This document shows positions 49,180-59,529 of a stretch of 61,696 nucleotides of DNA, one piece after another. The stretch's first letter is position 1. Every line of letters starts with the position of its first letter. Source of the DNA: an uncultured Mycoplasmatota bacterium (GTDB taxonomy: Bacteria; Bacillota_I; Bacilli_A; RF39; UBA660); the NCBI GenBank assembly GCA_946413985.1, contig CAMKMS010000003.1, positions 1 through 61,696 on the forward strand. The letters are read 5' to 3'. A model generated the notes under the pieces. That model worked only from the letters and a program-made list of their open reading frames with translations, ran no database searches and was not told the DNA's origin. A program made the translations under genes and the position numbers.

Positions 49180-49211
49180 TAAAAAAAATAAGAAAAATTG
49201 AGAAAAATTGC

Positions 49212-49240
49212 TTGATTTTTCTTTTATTATGGCATATAAT
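49212..49240 (+). promoter_or_regulatory. SigA-type promoter of the S10 ribosomal protein operon
   Basis: TTGATT (49212-49217), a 17-nt spacer, then TATAAT (49235-49240). It is preceded by an A-rich tandem AGAAAAATTG x2 (49191-49210), which looks like an UP element. Confidence 0.65.
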
Positions 49241-49246
49241 CAATAT

Positions 49247-49373
49247 CGAACGACTGGCGATGATGTGCAAGGTTGCTGATACACCAGGTTAAGTTGAATT
49301 GAACTTAATTTATAATCAGGTAATTTGCGCGTAGCAAGTCTATAAAAATATTATAGGCGAAGGAGGAATTAAT
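49247..49373 (+). promoter_or_regulatory. 5' leader of the S10 operon (candidate structured autoregulatory leader)
   Basis: A ~125-nt untranslated region noticeably more GC-rich than other intergenic DNA. It contains the TTAAGTT-gaattg-AACTTAA hairpin and shorter complementary segments (ACTGG...CCAG, TTGC-gcgta-GCAA) before the AGGAGG RBS. Confidence 0.35.
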
Positions 49374-49682
49374 ATGTCTAAAGACAAAGTAAGAATCAGA
49401 CTTAAATCATTTGATCACAGAAGTGTTGATCAAGCTTGCTCAAAAATTGTTGAGACTGTTAAGAGAACTGGTGGAGTTGTAAGTGGACCTGTACCACTAC
49501 CAACTGAAATTGAAAAGATTACTATTCTAAGAGCTGTTCACAAATATAAAGATAGCCGTGAACAATTCGAGATTAGGACTCACAAAAGATTAATTGATAT
49601 CGATTCTCCAAGTAAAGAAACAATTGATGCTTTAGCTCACATGGATTTACCAGGTGGAGTAGATATTCAAATTAAGAAATAG
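49374..49682 (+). CDS. rpsJ: 30S ribosomal protein S10
   Basis: IRLKSFDH...[18 protein letters not shown]. First gene of the operon. Confidence 0.97.
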   Translation: MSKDKVRIRLKSFDHRSVDQACSKIVETVKRTGGVVSGPVPLPTEIEKITILRAVHKYKDSREQFEIRTHKRLIDIDSPSKETIDALAHMDLPGGVDIQIKK

Positions 49683-49711
49683 TTTTTAAGATTAAAGAAA
49701 GGAAAGAAAAA

Positions 49712-50515
49712 ATGAAAGGAATCTTAGGACGTAAAGTTGGAATGACTGAAGTATTCACAACTGACGGAAAATTAATACCTGTTACAGTAATTGAAGTTGA
49801 ACCAAATGTTGTAACTCAAATTAAGACTACTGAAAAAGATGGGTATGAAGCTATTCAACTAGGTGCTTTTGATAAGAAAGAATCATCTAGTAACAATCCT
49901 GAAAAAGGACATGCTAAAAAAGCTGGTACATCACCTAAGCGCTTCTTACGTGAAATAAGAGGAGTTGATACTTCTTCTTATACACTTGGACAAGTTATTG
50001 AGGCAGATGTATTTTCAAAAGGAGACACTGTTGATGTAACTGGTACATCAAAAGGGAAAGGTTTCCAAGGTGTAATTAAGAGATGGAATCAATCTCGTGG
50101 ACCAGAAACTCATGGATCTACATATCATAGACGTGTTGGATCTTTAGGTACAATGAGACCAATGAGAGTTTTAAAAGGTAAAAAGTTACCAGGACATATG
50201 GGTAACGAACAAATCACTATTCAAAATTTAATGATAGTTGATGTTGATAAAGAAAACAAATACATATTAGTAAGTGGAAATGTTCCAGGACCTAAAATGT
50301 CATTTGTATTCATTAGAGATGCTATTAAAGGTAGCAAAGAATTCGATAAAGTTGAATTAATTTCATATGAAGATACTAATGAATCTTCTCCAGTTAATGA
50401 AGTCGTTAATAATGAAACTGTTGTAGAAGAAACAAATGAAGTAGTTAAAAATGAAACTAATGAAACTGAAGTAGAAACTACTGAAGAAGCAACTAATGAG
50501 GAGGTATCTGAATAA
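49712..50515 (+). CDS. rplC: 50S ribosomal protein L3 with a ~60-aa acidic C-terminal extension
   Basis: [12 protein letters not shown]...[12 protein letters not shown] core. 267 aa, against about 210 typically. Confidence 0.95.
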   Translation: MKGILGRKVGMTEVFTTDGKLIPVTVIEVEPNVVTQIKTTEKDGYEAIQLGAFDKKESSSNNPEKGHAKKAGTSPKRFLREIRGVDTSSYTLGQVIEADVFSKGDTVDVTGTSKGKGFQGVIKRWNQSRGPETHGSTYHRRVGSLGTMRPMRVLKGKKLPGHMGNEQITIQNLMIVDVDKENKYILVSGNVPGPKMSFVFIRDAIKGSKEFDKVELISYEDTNESSPVNEVVNNETVVEETNEVVKNETNETEVETTEEATNEEVSE

Positions 50516-51138
50516 TGGCAAAGACTCAAGTTTTAAACCTTAAAGGTGAAAAAGTAAAAGATATTACTCTTAAAGATAGTGTATGGAATACTGAAGTTAA
50601 AGAAAGTCTTATGCGTGATGCTATAGTAGTTAGTCAAGCTAGTATGAGACAAGGAACTGCTTCAACTAAAACTAGAAGTGAAGTAAGTGGTGGCGGACGT
50701 AAGCCATATAAACAAAAAGGTACTGGTAATGCAAGACAAGGATCTACTCGTGCTGTTCAATGGCCAGGTGGTGGAATTGCTCATGGACCAAAACCAAGAA
50801 AATATGATTTAAAACAAAATAGAAAAGAAAGAAGATTGGCACTAGCTAGTGCACTTACATCTAAATTAAAAGATAAAGAAGTTGTAGTTGTTGATAGTTT
50901 AAAATTAGATACAGCTAAAACTAAAGATTTTAATGCTATGTTAAAAAATCTTAAATTAGATGGAAAAGTATTAGTAGTATTTAATGAAGGAAATGAAAAC
51001 TTATTCTTAGCTTCAAGTAATATGAGAAATGTTGCTGTTATGGAAGCTAGTGAAATAAATGTTTTAGATCTTGTAGCTTGTAAATATCTATTAATAGATG
51101 AATCTTCAGTTAAGAAAATTGAGGAGGTGCTTAACTAA
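50515..51138 (+). CDS. rplD: 50S ribosomal protein L4
   Basis: SGGGRKPYKQKGTGNARQGS motif. GAGGAGG RBS lies inside the L3 tail. Confidence 0.96.
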   Translation: MAKTQVLNLKGEKVKDITLKDSVWNTEVKESLMRDAIVVSQASMRQGTASTKTRSEVSGGGRKPYKQKGTGNARQGSTRAVQWPGGGIAHGPKPRKYDLKQNRKERRLALASALTSKLKDKEVVVVDSLKLDTAKTKDFNAMLKNLKLDGKVLVVFNEGNENLFLASSNMRNVAVMEASEINVLDLVACKYLLIDESSVKKIEEVLN

Positions 51139-51401
51139 TGAATATAATTTTAGCACCAGTTATTACTGAAAAAAGCGAAAGTTTAAAAGCAAATAATGTA
51201 TATGTATTTAAAGTAAATAAGAAAGCTAATAAAACTCAAATCAAAAATGAAATTGAGAAACAATTTAAAGTTAAAGTACTTAGTGTTAATACTGTAAATG
51301 CTGTACAAAAAAATAGAAGAGTAGGAAGATATACAGGTTTAACAGCTGCTTATAAAAAAGCATATGTAAAACTTGCAGAAGGTTCTACTATAGAATACTA
51401 G
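51138..51401 (+). CDS. rplW: 50S ribosomal protein L23
   Basis: APVITEKS...YKKAYVKL. Correct operon position. Confidence 0.93.
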   Translation: MNIILAPVITEKSESLKANNVYVFKVNKKANKTQIKNEIEKQFKVKVLSVNTVNAVQKNRRVGRYTGLTAAYKKAYVKLAEGSTIEY

Positions 51402-51411
51402 GAGGGACAAT

Positions 51412-52242
51412 ATGCCAGTTAGAAATTTAAAGCCTAATACTCCTGGAACAAGAGGAATGAATGTTTTAGTAAACGATGTAATTACTAAGAGTAAACCTGA
51501 AAAAGGTCTTCTTGTTAAAAAAAGTAAAACAGGCGGAAGAAATAATCAAGGAAAAATTACTGTTCGTCATATTGGCGGTGGAGTAAGACAAAAATATCGT
51601 CTAATTGATTTCAAGAGAAATAAAGATGGTATTGAAGGTAGAGTTGCTTCAATCGAATATGATCCAAACAGAAGTGCAAACATCGCATTAATTAATTATG
51701 CTGATGGAGAAAAAAGATATATAATTGCTCCACTTAATTTAAAAGTTGGAGATAAAATTGAAAGTGGAGAAAATGCTGATATTAAAGACGGAAATGCTCT
51801 TCCACTAAACAATATTCCTGTTGGAACAATGGTTCACAATGTTGAATTAAATCCAGGCGCTGGAGCTAAACTTGCAAGAAGTGCTGGAAGTAGCGTACAA
51901 ATTCTTGGTAAAGAAGGAAAATACGTTATTATAAGATTAAAGAGCGGTGAAACAAGAAAAGTTTTAGGAGTTTGCCGTGCAACAGTTGGTGAAGTTGGAA
52001 ATACTGATTATGAACTTGTTCATTTAGGAAAAGCAGGAAGAAAAAGACATATGGGAATTAGACCTACAGTTCGTGGATCTGTTATGAACCCTAATGATCA
52101 CCCACATGGTGGTGGTGAAGGTAGAGCTCCAGTAGGACGTGCTCAACCAATGACTCCTTGGGGTAAACCAGCTCTAGGACTTAAGACTAGAAAAACTAAA
52201 AAAGCATCTGAGAAGTTAATCATGACAAGACGTAAGAAATAA
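51412..52242 (+). CDS. rplB: 50S ribosomal protein L2
   Basis: [15 protein letters not shown]...[13 protein letters not shown]. Confidence 0.97.
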   Translation: MPVRNLKPNTPGTRGMNVLVNDVITKSKPEKGLLVKKSKTGGRNNQGKITVRHIGGGVRQKYRLIDFKRNKDGIEGRVASIEYDPNRSANIALINYADGEKRYIIAPLNLKVGDKIESGENADIKDGNALPLNNIPVGTMVHNVELNPGAGAKLARSAGSSVQILGKEGKYVIIRLKSGETRKVLGVCRATVGEVGNTDYELVHLGKAGRKRHMGIRPTVRGSVMNPNDHPHGGGEGRAPVGRAQPMTPWGKPALGLKTRKTKKASEKLIMTRRKK

Positions 52243-52261
52243 TTAAGAAAGGAACCGTAAA

Positions 52262-52528
52262 ATGTCAAGAAGTTTAAAAAAAGGACCATATGCATTTCCT
52301 AGACTTTTAAAGAAAGTAAGAGATTTAAATGCAAGTGGTAAAAAAGAAGTTATTAAAACTTGGTCAAGACGTTCAACTATATTTCCAGAATTTGTAGGAC
52401 ATACATTTGCTGTTCATAATGGACGTGAATTCATTCCTGTATATGTAACTGAAGATATGGTAGGACATAAACTTGGTGAGTTTGCTTTAACTCGTAAGTT
52501 TAATGGCCATGCTGGAAGCGGTAAGTAG
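52262..52528 (+). CDS. rpsS: 30S ribosomal protein S19
   Basis: [10 protein letters not shown]...[23 protein letters not shown]. Confidence 0.97.
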   Translation: MSRSLKKGPYAFPRLLKKVRDLNASGKKEVIKTWSRRSTIFPEFVGHTFAVHNGREFIPVYVTEDMVGHKLGEFALTRKFNGHAGSGK

Positions 52529-52538
52529 GAGGCAATAA

Positions 52539-52889
52539 ATGGAAACATATAGTATACATAAAGGTGCACAAATCGCACCACTAAAAGCTAGAATGACTCT
52601 AGATTTAATTAGAGGAAAAAGTGTAAGCCAAGCTGAAGCAATCTTACTTACTACAAATACAAAAGCAAGTAGATTAATTATAAAAGTATTAAATTCTGCT
52701 GTAGCTAATGCTGTTAACAACTTTGGAGCTAAAAAAGAAGATTTAGTTATTAAAGAAACTTACATTAGTGAAGGAAGAACATTAAAAAGAAGAAAAGCTG
52801 CTTCTCACTCAAGAGTAGCTAAGAATTATCATAGAACAAGCCATATTTATGTATGTGTTACAGATAATATGGAAAAGAAGGAGGACTAA
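52539..52889 (+). CDS. rplV: 50S ribosomal protein L22
   Basis: [13 protein letters not shown]...[10 protein letters not shown]. Correct operon position. Confidence 0.93.
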   Translation: METYSIHKGAQIAPLKARMTLDLIRGKSVSQAEAILLTTNTKASRLIIKVLNSAVANAVNNFGAKKEDLVIKETYISEGRTLKRRKAASHSRVAKNYHRTSHIYVCVTDNMEKKED

Positions 52890-52891
52890 AC

Positions 52892-53569
52892 ATGGGACAA
52901 AAGGTAAGTCCAATAGGACTTAGAATTGGTGTTAACAGAGACTGGGAAAGTAAATGGTATGCACCAACTAAAGATTTTGCTAAATATTTAAATAATGATA
53001 TGAAAATTAGAAAATATTTAGATAAAGAATTAAAAGGATGTTCAGTTGCTTCTATCGTTATTGAAAGAAATAATAAAAGAACAAATGTAATTATCAATAC
53101 ATCTAAACCTGGTATCGTTATTGGTAAAGGTGGAGCTGATATTGAAAAACATAAGAAAGCTTTACAAAAACTTACTGGTGAAGAAATCTATTTAAATATA
53201 GTTGAAGTTAAGAATCCTGACTTAAGTGCTGCATTAGTAGCTGAAAGTATTGCACTTCAAATTCAAAATAGAGCTTCATTTAGAGCAGTTCAAAAGAGAG
53301 CTATTAGAAATACAATGAAAGCAGGAGCAGTTGGTATTAAAGTTGCTGTATCTGGACGTTTAGCTGGAGCTGAAATGGCTCGTACTGAAGGATATACTGA
53401 AGGTACTGTACCACTACATACTATTAGAGCTGATATAGATTATGCTCATAGAGAAGCTGATACTATTTATGGAAAAATCGGTGTTAAAGTATGGATTTAC
53501 AAAGGCGAAATACTTCCTGCTAAAAATGTAAAGGGAGGTAATGAAGATGTTAATTCCAAAAAGAACTAA
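52892..53569 (+). CDS. rpsC: 30S ribosomal protein S3
   Basis: [13 protein letters not shown]...[10 protein letters not shown] (KH domain). Confidence 0.97.
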   Translation: MGQKVSPIGLRIGVNRDWESKWYAPTKDFAKYLNNDMKIRKYLDKELKGCSVASIVIERNNKRTNVIINTSKPGIVIGKGGADIEKHKKALQKLTGEEIYLNIVEVKNPDLSAALVAESIALQIQNRASFRAVQKRAIRNTMKAGAVGIKVAVSGRLAGAEMARTEGYTEGTVPLHTIRADIDYAHREADTIYGKIGVKVWIYKGEILPAKNVKGGNEDVNSKKN

Positions 53570-53969
53570 ATATAGAAAACCTCATAGAGTTAGTTATGAA
53601 GGAAAAGCCAAGGGTAACACAGTGTTAACTCATGGTGAATATGGACTTATGGCTAAAGAAGGATCATACATTACAGCAAGACAAATTGAAGCAGCAAGAA
53701 TTGCTATGACTCGTTATATGAAAGAATTTAAAAGAGGAAAAGTATTCATTAATATTTTCCCACACTTAGCAAGAACTAAGAAACCTGCTGAAGTACGTAT
53801 GGGTAGTGGAAAAGGTAATGTTGAAGAATGGGCAGCAGTAGTAAAAGAAGGTAAAATCATGTTTGAAATGACTGATGTTACTGAAGAAATTGCTAGAGAA
53901 GCTTTCCGTTTAGCAGGACACAAACTACCAATCAAAACAAAATTTGTAGCAAAGGAAGTGGCTAAATAA
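53547..53969 (+). CDS. rplP: 50S ribosomal protein L16
   Basis: Canonical [11 protein letters not shown] start at 53547, 9 nt after GGGAGG. The ORF-track start at 53541 is too close to the RBS. Confidence 0.96.
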   Translation: MLIPKRTKYRKPHRVSYEGKAKGNTVLTHGEYGLMAKEGSYITARQIEAARIAMTRYMKEFKRGKVFINIFPHLARTKKPAEVRMGSGKGNVEEWAAVVKEGKIMFEMTDVTEEIAREAFRLAGHKLPIKTKFVAKEVAK

Positions 53970-54178
53970 TGAAAATGGCAGATATTAGAAAATTAACCAC
54001 TCAAGAACTAAATAAAAGACTTGAAGAGAATAAAAAGGAATTATTTAATTTAAAATTCGCATCTGCAACTGGTAATTTAGAAAAACCTCATAGAATTAAG
54101 GAATTAAGACATGAAGTTGCTAAAATTAAAACAGTTATTAGAGAAAGAGAATTAAGTGAAGTAAAGGAGGCTAACTAA
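53969..54178 (+). CDS. rpmC: 50S ribosomal protein L29
   Basis: [25 protein letters not shown]. Its start overlaps the rplP stop. An alternative ATG lies at 53975. Confidence 0.92.
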   Translation: MKMADIRKLTTQELNKRLEENKKELFNLKFASATGNLEKPHRIKELRHEVAKIKTVIRERELSEVKEAN

Positions 54179-54435
54179 TGGAAGGTAAGAAACAAGAATT
54201 AGTTGGAAAAGTTGTAAGTACTGCTTGCGATAAAACTATAACTATTGAAGTTGTTACTTATAAAAAACATCCACTTTACAAGAAAAACGTTAAAACTACT
54301 AAAAGATATGCAGTACATGATGAAGAGAATAAAGCTAAAGTAGGAGATATAGTTAAAGTTGTATCTTCTCGTCCTCTATCTAAAACAAAAAGATATGTAT
54401 TAGATAGTATTGTTGAGGAAGCTGTTATTCTATAA
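54178..54435 (+). CDS. rpsQ: 30S ribosomal protein S17
   Basis: [16 protein letters not shown]...HPLYKK...YAVHDE. Confidence 0.95.
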   Translation: MEGKKQELVGKVVSTACDKTITIEVVTYKKHPLYKKNVKTTKRYAVHDEENKAKVGDIVKVVSSRPLSKTKRYVLDSIVEEAVIL

Positions 54436-54454
54436 CTTTGGAAAGGAGAGAGTT

Positions 54455-54823
54455 ATGATACAACCAGAAACCCGTTTAAAGGTAGCTGACAATTCAGGTG
54501 CTCGTGAAATCTTAGTAATCAGAGTTCTTGGTGGAAGCAAAGTTAAAAACGGAAATATAGGAGATGTTGTTGTTGGAACTGTTAAAAAAGCTATTCCAAA
54601 TTCAAACACTCCAAAAGGAAAAGTAGTTAAAGCTGTTATTGTAAGAACAGTTAGAGGTGTCGCAAGAAAAGATGGAAGTCATATTAAATTTGATGACAAT
54701 GCTTGCGTACTTATAAAAGAAGATAATAGTCCAGTTGGAACTCGTGTTCTAGGACCTGTAGCTAGAGAGCTTCGTGATAAGAACTTTATGAAGATTGTTT
54801 CACTAGCTCCAGAGGTATTATAG
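54455..54823 (+). CDS. rplN: 50S ribosomal protein L14
   Basis: Canonical [16 protein letters not shown] start at 54455 after a GAAAGGAGAG RBS. Confidence 0.97.
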   Translation: MIQPETRLKVADNSGAREILVIRVLGGSKVKNGNIGDVVVGTVKKAIPNSNTPKGKVVKAVIVRTVRGVARKDGSHIKFDDNACVLIKEDNSPVGTRVLGPVARELRDKNFMKIVSLAPEVL

Positions 54824-54832
54824 GAGGATAAC

Positions 54833-55153
54833 ATGAAGATAAAAGTTGGAGATAATGTACGTGTTATTACTGGAAGCAACAAAGGAAAAGAAGGAAAAGT
54901 TTTAAAAGTATTGAAAAAAGAAAACAGAGTACTTGTTGATGGAGTTAATATTGTTAAAAAACATGTTAAACCAAATCGTGAAAATGAAACTGGTGGAATT
55001 TTAGAAGTAGAAGCTCCATTACATATATCTAATGTAAAAGTTGTTTCTAAAGAAACTAAAAAAGAAGAAAAAGCAAAAGAAGCTAAAAAAGAAGAAAAAG
55101 TAAAAGAAGCTAAAAAAGCTCAAAAAACTTCTAAGAAAAAAGAAAGTAAGTAG
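54833..55153 (+). CDS. rplX: 50S ribosomal protein L24 with a K/E-rich low-complexity C-terminus
   Basis: [23 protein letters not shown] (KOW motif)...EAPLHISNV, followed by [23 protein letters not shown]... Confidence 0.93.
   Translation: MKIKVGDNVRVITGSNKGKEGKVLKVLKKENRVLVDGVNIVKKHVKPNRENETGGILEVEAPLHISNVKVVSKETKKEEKAKEAKKEEKVKEAKKAQKTSKKKESK
55064..55117 (+). repeat. 27-bp tandem duplication inside rplX
   Basis: GAAGAAAAAGCAAAAGAAGCTAAAAAA (55064-55090) is followed by GAAGAAAAAGTAAAAGAAGCTAAAAAA (55091-55117), with one mismatch. Confidence 0.9.
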
Positions 55154-55160
55154 GTGAGTT

Positions 55161-55700
55161 ATGGAAACATTAAAGAAATTATATGAAGAACAAATAGTTC
55201 CAGAATTAACTAAAAAGTTTAACTACACTACTAAAATGCAAGTACCTAGATTAGAAAAAATCGTATTAAATATGGGTGTTGGAGACGCAACTAGTGACCA
55301 AAAATTCTTAGATGCTGCAGTTAAAGATTTAGAATGTATTTCTGGTCAAAAACCTGTAGTAACTACTGCTAAAAAATCTATAGCAGGATTTAAATTAAGA
55401 GCAGGAAATAAAATTGGATGTAAGGTTACTTTAAGAGGGGATAACATGTATAACTTCTTAAATAAACTTATTACAATTGCTTTACCTAGAGTTCGTGATT
55501 TTAGAGGAATTTCTAAAAATAGTTTTGATGGAAGAGGTAATTATACTCTTGGTATCAAAGAACAATTAGTATTTCCAGAAGTAGAATACGATCAAGTAAT
55601 TAAAGTTAGAGGTTTAGATATTGTTATGGTTACAACAGCTAAAACTAATGAAGAAGCTCTTGCTTTATTACAAGAATTTGGGTTACCTTTTAGAAAGTAA
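55161..55700 (+). CDS. rplE: 50S ribosomal protein L5
   Basis: [13 protein letters not shown]...RDFRG...[10 protein letters not shown]. Confidence 0.97.
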   Translation: METLKKLYEEQIVPELTKKFNYTTKMQVPRLEKIVLNMGVGDATSDQKFLDAAVKDLECISGQKPVVTTAKKSIAGFKLRAGNKIGCKVTLRGDNMYNFLNKLITIALPRVRDFRGISKNSFDGRGNYTLGIKEQLVFPEVEYDQVIKVRGLDIVMVTTAKTNEEALALLQEFGLPFRK

Positions 55701-55718
55701 GTAGGAGAGGAAATATTT

Positions 55719-55904
55719 ATGGCAAAGAAAAGTAAAGTTATATCTCAAAAAAGAGGTAGTAAATTCTCTACTAGAAATTATACTAGATGTACAAGATGTG
55801 GTCGTCCACATGGTGTACTAAGCAAATTTGGTTTATGCCGTATTTGTTTTAGAGAACTTGCTTATAAAGGACAAATACCAGGCGTAAAAAAATCAAGCTG
55901 GTAG
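55719..55904 (+). CDS. rpsN: 30S ribosomal protein S14 type Z (zinc-binding)
   Basis: 61 aa with a CTRCGRPHG...CRIC zinc ribbon. Confidence 0.96.
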   Translation: MAKKSKVISQKRGSKFSTRNYTRCTRCGRPHGVLSKFGLCRICFRELAYKGQIPGVKKSSW

Positions 55905-55976
55905 AATTAATAAAAAATATGAAAAAAATATACCAATACATTAACAGGCAAATGTTAATAAGAAGGGAGGCCTATA

Positions 55977-56372
55977 ATGGTTAATGATACAGTAGCAGAT
56001 ATGCTTACAAGAATTCGTAATGCAAATGCTATGAAGTATAAAACTGTTGAAGTACCAGGTACTAAATTAACAAGAGGTATTGCTGATATTTTAACTAAAG
56101 AAGGTTTTATAGACGGATATGACACTAACAAGTTAGCTGTTGGTGAGATGTTAGTTTTAAACCTAAAATATTCAAAATCTAAAGAAAGAGTAATCAATGG
56201 TCTTAAGAGAATTTCTAAACCAGGATTACGTGTATATGCTAAAGCTGATGAAATGCCAAGAGTTTTAAATGGACTTGGAATTGCAATTGTTTCAACATCA
56301 GATGGTCTTATGACTGATAAAGAAGCAAGAGCAAAGAAAATTGGTGGAGAAGTTTTGGCTTACATATGGTAG
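55977..56372 (+). CDS. rpsH: 30S ribosomal protein S8
   Basis: [13 protein letters not shown]...GGEVLAYIW. Confidence 0.97.
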   Translation: MVNDTVADMLTRIRNANAMKYKTVEVPGTKLTRGIADILTKEGFIDGYDTNKLAVGEMLVLNLKYSKSKERVINGLKRISKPGLRVYAKADEMPRVLNGLGIAIVSTSDGLMTDKEARAKKIGGEVLAYIW

Positions 56373-56380
56373 GTGCACAC

Positions 56381-56926
56381 ATGAGTAGAATAGGAAACAG
56401 AATATTAACTATTCCAGCAGGAGTAGAAGTTAATGTTGAAGGAAACAAAATAACAACAAAAGGACCAAAAGGAACACTAGAATTTAATTTTAGAAAAGAT
56501 AGTGTTGATGTTAAAGTTGAAGGAACAGAAATAAGTGTTTCTCGTAAAAATGATTTAAAAGAAACTAAACAATTACATGGAACAACTAATTCAGTTATCA
56601 ACAATATGTTAATTGGTGTAAGCGAAGGATTCAAAAGAGAATTAGAAATCAATGGTGTAGGTTATAGATTCCAATTATCAGGTAATAAATTATCTGTATT
56701 TGCTGGATATTCTCATCAAGTTGATTTACAAATTCCAGCTGGTATTAAAGTAGAAATGCCAGATAAATCTACAACTGAACTAGTTATAAGCGGATATGAT
56801 AAACAAGCAGTTAGCGAATTTGCATCTAATGTTAGAAAGATTCGTAAACCAGAACCTTACAAAGGAAAAGGAATTAAGTTTAAAGAAGAACATATCCGTC
56901 GTAAAGAAGGAAAGAAAGCTGCATAG
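56381..56926 (+). CDS. rplF: 50S ribosomal protein L6
   Basis: MSRIGNRILTIPAGVEV start at 56381 after an AGGTG RBS...PEPYKGKGIKF. Confidence 0.96.
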   Translation: MSRIGNRILTIPAGVEVNVEGNKITTKGPKGTLEFNFRKDSVDVKVEGTEISVSRKNDLKETKQLHGTTNSVINNMLIGVSEGFKRELEINGVGYRFQLSGNKLSVFAGYSHQVDLQIPAGIKVEMPDKSTTELVISGYDKQAVSEFASNVRKIRKPEPYKGKGIKFKEEHIRRKEGKKAA

Positions 56927-56940
56927 GAGGGAAATAAAAA

Positions 56941-57294
56941 ATGATAAAAAAAGAATCAAAAAATGTTATGAGAATTAAAAGACATAAAAAGATTAGACAA
57001 ACATTATCTGGTACAAATACAACTCCTAGACTATGTGTTTTTAGAAGTAATACAGCAATTTATGCACAATTAATAGATGATGTTAAAGGTGTTACTGTTG
57101 CTAGTTCATCTTCTTTAGAACTAAAAGCTAAAAATAATAATCTTGAAGCTGCAGCTGCAGTAGGAAAAGATATTGCAGAAAAAGCTAAAAAAGCTAAGAT
57201 CAAAACAGTAGTATTTGATCGTGGTGGATATCTATATCACGGACGTGTAAAAGCTCTTGCTGAAGCAGCTCGTGAAAATGGACTAGAATTCTAG
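56941..57294 (+). CDS. rplR: 50S ribosomal protein L18
   Basis: [18 protein letters not shown]...[21 protein letters not shown]. Confidence 0.96.
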   Translation: MIKKESKNVMRIKRHKKIRQTLSGTNTTPRLCVFRSNTAIYAQLIDDVKGVTVASSSSLELKAKNNNLEAAAAVGKDIAEKAKKAKIKTVVFDRGGYLYHGRVKALAEAARENGLEF

Positions 57295-57303
57295 GAGGAA
57301 ATA

Positions 57304-57819
57304 ATGGACGAGAAAAAGAGAACTATTCGTGAACCTAAGAAATTATACGAAGATAAAATAATATCTATCGGAAAAGTTACAAAGGTTACACAAGGTGGAC
57401 GTAATTTTAGATTTTCAGCTACTGTTGCAGTAGGAGATAGAAAAGGTAAAGTTGGAATTGGAACAGGTAAATCTAAAGAAATTCCAGTTGCTGTTTCTAA
57501 AGCTATCAAAGAAGCTGAAAAGAATATAGTAAAAGTTAATTTAGTAGACGACAGAACTATATCTCATGAAGTTACTGGTGTTTGTGGAGCTGCTAAAGTG
57601 TTAATTAGACCTGCTAAAGCTGGTCGTGGAATTATCGCTGGTGGAGCATCAAGAATCGTTTTAGAATTAGCTGGTGTTAAAGATGTTGTTGCTAAGAATT
57701 TAGGTAGCAATACTCAAATTAATACTGCTAAAGCTACAATTGAAGCACTTAGAAACCAAAGAACTATAGAACATGTTGCTGAATTACGTGGAAAAACAGT
57801 TGAGGAGGTACTAAAATAA
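57304..57819 (+). CDS. rpsE: 30S ribosomal protein S5
   Basis: [36 protein letters not shown]. Confidence 0.97.
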   Translation: MDEKKRTIREPKKLYEDKIISIGKVTKVTQGGRNFRFSATVAVGDRKGKVGIGTGKSKEIPVAVSKAIKEAEKNIVKVNLVDDRTISHEVTGVCGAAKVLIRPAKAGRGIIAGGASRIVLELAGVKDVVAKNLGSNTQINTAKATIEALRNQRTIEHVAELRGKTVEEVLK

Positions 57820-58262
57820 TGAAATTACATGAATTAGGTACTGTTGATGGATCAACTCATAGAAGAAAAGTTGTTGGACGTGGACCAGGAAGTGGACACG
57901 GAAAAACATCTGGTCGTGGTGAAAAAGGACAAAAGGCTAGAAGTGGTGGAGGAGTACATCCTTGGTTTGAAGGTGGTCAAACACCATTATATAAGAGATT
58001 ACCAAGAAGAGGTTTCTCAAATGCAAGATTCGCTACTAAATATGCTATTGTAAACGTTTCAGATTTAAATAGATTTAAAGATGGAGATACAGTTACTCCT
58101 GAATTATTAAAAGAATCTGGATTAGTTAAAAAAGAATTAAATGGAATTAAAATTTTAGGAAATGGTAAATTAGAAAAGAAATTAACTGTTAAAGCTAATG
58201 TATTTACTAATAGTGCTATTACTAAAATTGAGGAATTGGGTGGAACTACGGAGGTGATTTAA
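57819..58262 (+). CDS. rplO: 50S ribosomal protein L15
   Basis: MKLHEL...[24 protein letters not shown]. Its start overlaps the rpsE stop by 1 nt. Confidence 0.96.
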   Translation: MKLHELGTVDGSTHRRKVVGRGPGSGHGKTSGRGEKGQKARSGGGVHPWFEGGQTPLYKRLPRRGFSNARFATKYAIVNVSDLNRFKDGDTVTPELLKESGLVKKELNGIKILGNGKLEKKLTVKANVFTNSAITKIEELGGTTEVI

Positions 58263-58263
58263 T

Positions 58264-59529
58264 ATGTTTGCTACATTTAAGCAAATATTTAGAAGCACTA
58301 ATAAGGATTTAAGAGGTAGAATTGCCTTTACATTATTTGTTCTATTCATTTTTGCATTTGGAAATTCTATCACAATTCCTGGAATGAAACCATATACTGG
58401 AGATATTGGATTTTTGGAATTATTTAATGCAATAAATGGTGGTGGTATAAGACAATTTTCAATATTTGCACTTGGTGTTATGCCTTATATCTCTGCATCA
58501 ATCATTATCCAAATACTTCAAATGGATATAATTCCATACTTTAAAGAACTAAAAGAAATGGGTGAAGAAGGAAGAAGAAAAATTGCAAAAATAACTAGAT
58601 ATGCTGGACTTGCTATTGCATTTGTACAAGGTTTCTTTTATCCAATGATGTTTATTGATAAATCAGATATTAGTACTTCACCATTATTATTTTTCAAGAT
58701 TGCCATAATCTTAACAGCAGGTACTGCCTTCTTGTTATGGTTAGGCGATCAAGTTACAGAAAAAGGTCTAGGAAATGGAGTTTCATTACTAATCATGGCC
58801 GGTATTGTTGATACTATGCCAAATATGTTTGTAACTGCATTTAAGAGTTTAGTACCTGATGCTAGTAACGCATTTATTGGATGGTCATCATTCGCTTTAT
58901 TCGTACTTGTATACCTAGTAATTATAGTAGGTGTAATATTTGTAGAACAAGCTGAAAGAAGAATACCAATTCAATATTCAAATAGAAGTGCTGGAAGCTA
59001 TGGTGGACAACAAACATTCTTACCATTAAAGCTTAATTCAGCAAGTGTAATGCCTGTAATCATAGCTAGTGTTATTATGGGTATTCCATCAATAATTACA
59101 TATTTTGTAAAAAGTTCAAAAGTTACCACATTTATTAATAGTTACTTACAAACTTCTACTCCAGTTGGATTTGCTATATATATATTGTTAATATTTGCAT
59201 TTACTTATATATATACATTCTTAACTATTAATCCAGAAGAGTTAAGTAAGAACTTAAATAAGAATGGTGGTTATATTCCTGGTGTTAGACCTGGAAGTGA
59301 AACAGAAAATTATATTTCAAAAGTATTATCAAGAATTACATTTATGGGAGCTATATTTATTTGTTTCTTAGCAGCATTACCAATTGTATTTACAAAAGTA
59401 AGTGGTCTTCCTAATAGTATTCAATTAGGTGGAACATCAATATTAATCGCTGTTGGTGTTATTCTTGAAACATATAAACAACTTGAAAGTTCAGTAGCAT
59501 CAAGAAATTATAGTAATAGGAGAAAATAA
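58264..59529 (+). CDS. secY: Preprotein translocase subunit SecY
   Basis: 10-TM protein. FALGVMPYISASII and GGYIPGVRPG motifs. Correct operon position. Confidence 0.96.
   Translation: MFATFKQIFRSTNKDLRGRIAFTLFVLFIFAFGNSITIPGMKPYTGDIGFLELFNAINGGGIRQFSIFALGVMPYISASIIIQILQMDIIPYFKELKEMGEEGRRKIAKITRYAGLAIAFVQGFFYPMMFIDKSDISTSPLLFFKIAIILTAGTAFLLWLGDQVTEKGLGNGVSLLIMAGIVDTMPNMFVTAFKSLVPDASNAFIGWSSFALFVLVYLVIIVGVIFVEQAERRIPIQYSNRSAGSYGGQQTFLPLKLNSASVMPVIIASVIMGIPSIITYFVKSSKVTTFINSYLQTSTPVGFAIYILLIFAFTYIYTFLTINPEELSKNLNKNGGYIPGVRPGSETENYISKVLSRITFMGAIFICFLAALPIVFTKVSGLPNSIQLGGTSILIAVGVILETYKQLESSVASRNYSNRRK

Noticed and set aside
49191-49210. Tandem 10-bp repeat AGAAAAATTG x2, considered as a repeat element or operator
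   Set aside because: There are only two units, and it is A-rich and directly upstream of the -35 of the S10 promoter. It is best explained as an UP-element-like tract and is kept only as a note under the promoter.
5542-54454. N-terminally extended starts in the ORF track (for example 5542, 8235, 9196, 13839, 16762, 18819, 18904, 23517, 25418, 29173, 29360, 33772, 41535, 42573, 46832, 53541, 54410, 56366, 60925)
   Set aside because: In each case a downstream in-frame ATG sits 5-10 nt after a Shine-Dalgarno-like GGAGG/GGTGA and gives the canonical family N-terminus. The longer forms start inside the RBS or upstream of the predicted promoter.
56796-58053. Same-strand alternative-frame ORFs 56796-56978 and 57844-58053
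   Set aside because: They overlap rplF/rplR and rplO out of frame, have no RBS, and give K/E-rich frame-shadow products.
50221-58373. Numerous 60-115-aa minus-strand ORFs across the ribosomal operon (for example 50221-50529, 52487-52720, 52858-53097, 53714-53935, 54679-54882, 55955-56197, 56308-56652, 57291-57509, 58182-58373)
   Set aside because: All lie antisense to highly conserved ribosomal protein genes. Ser/Leu/Thr-rich products are the expected shadow of Lys/Glu/Val-rich sense frames.
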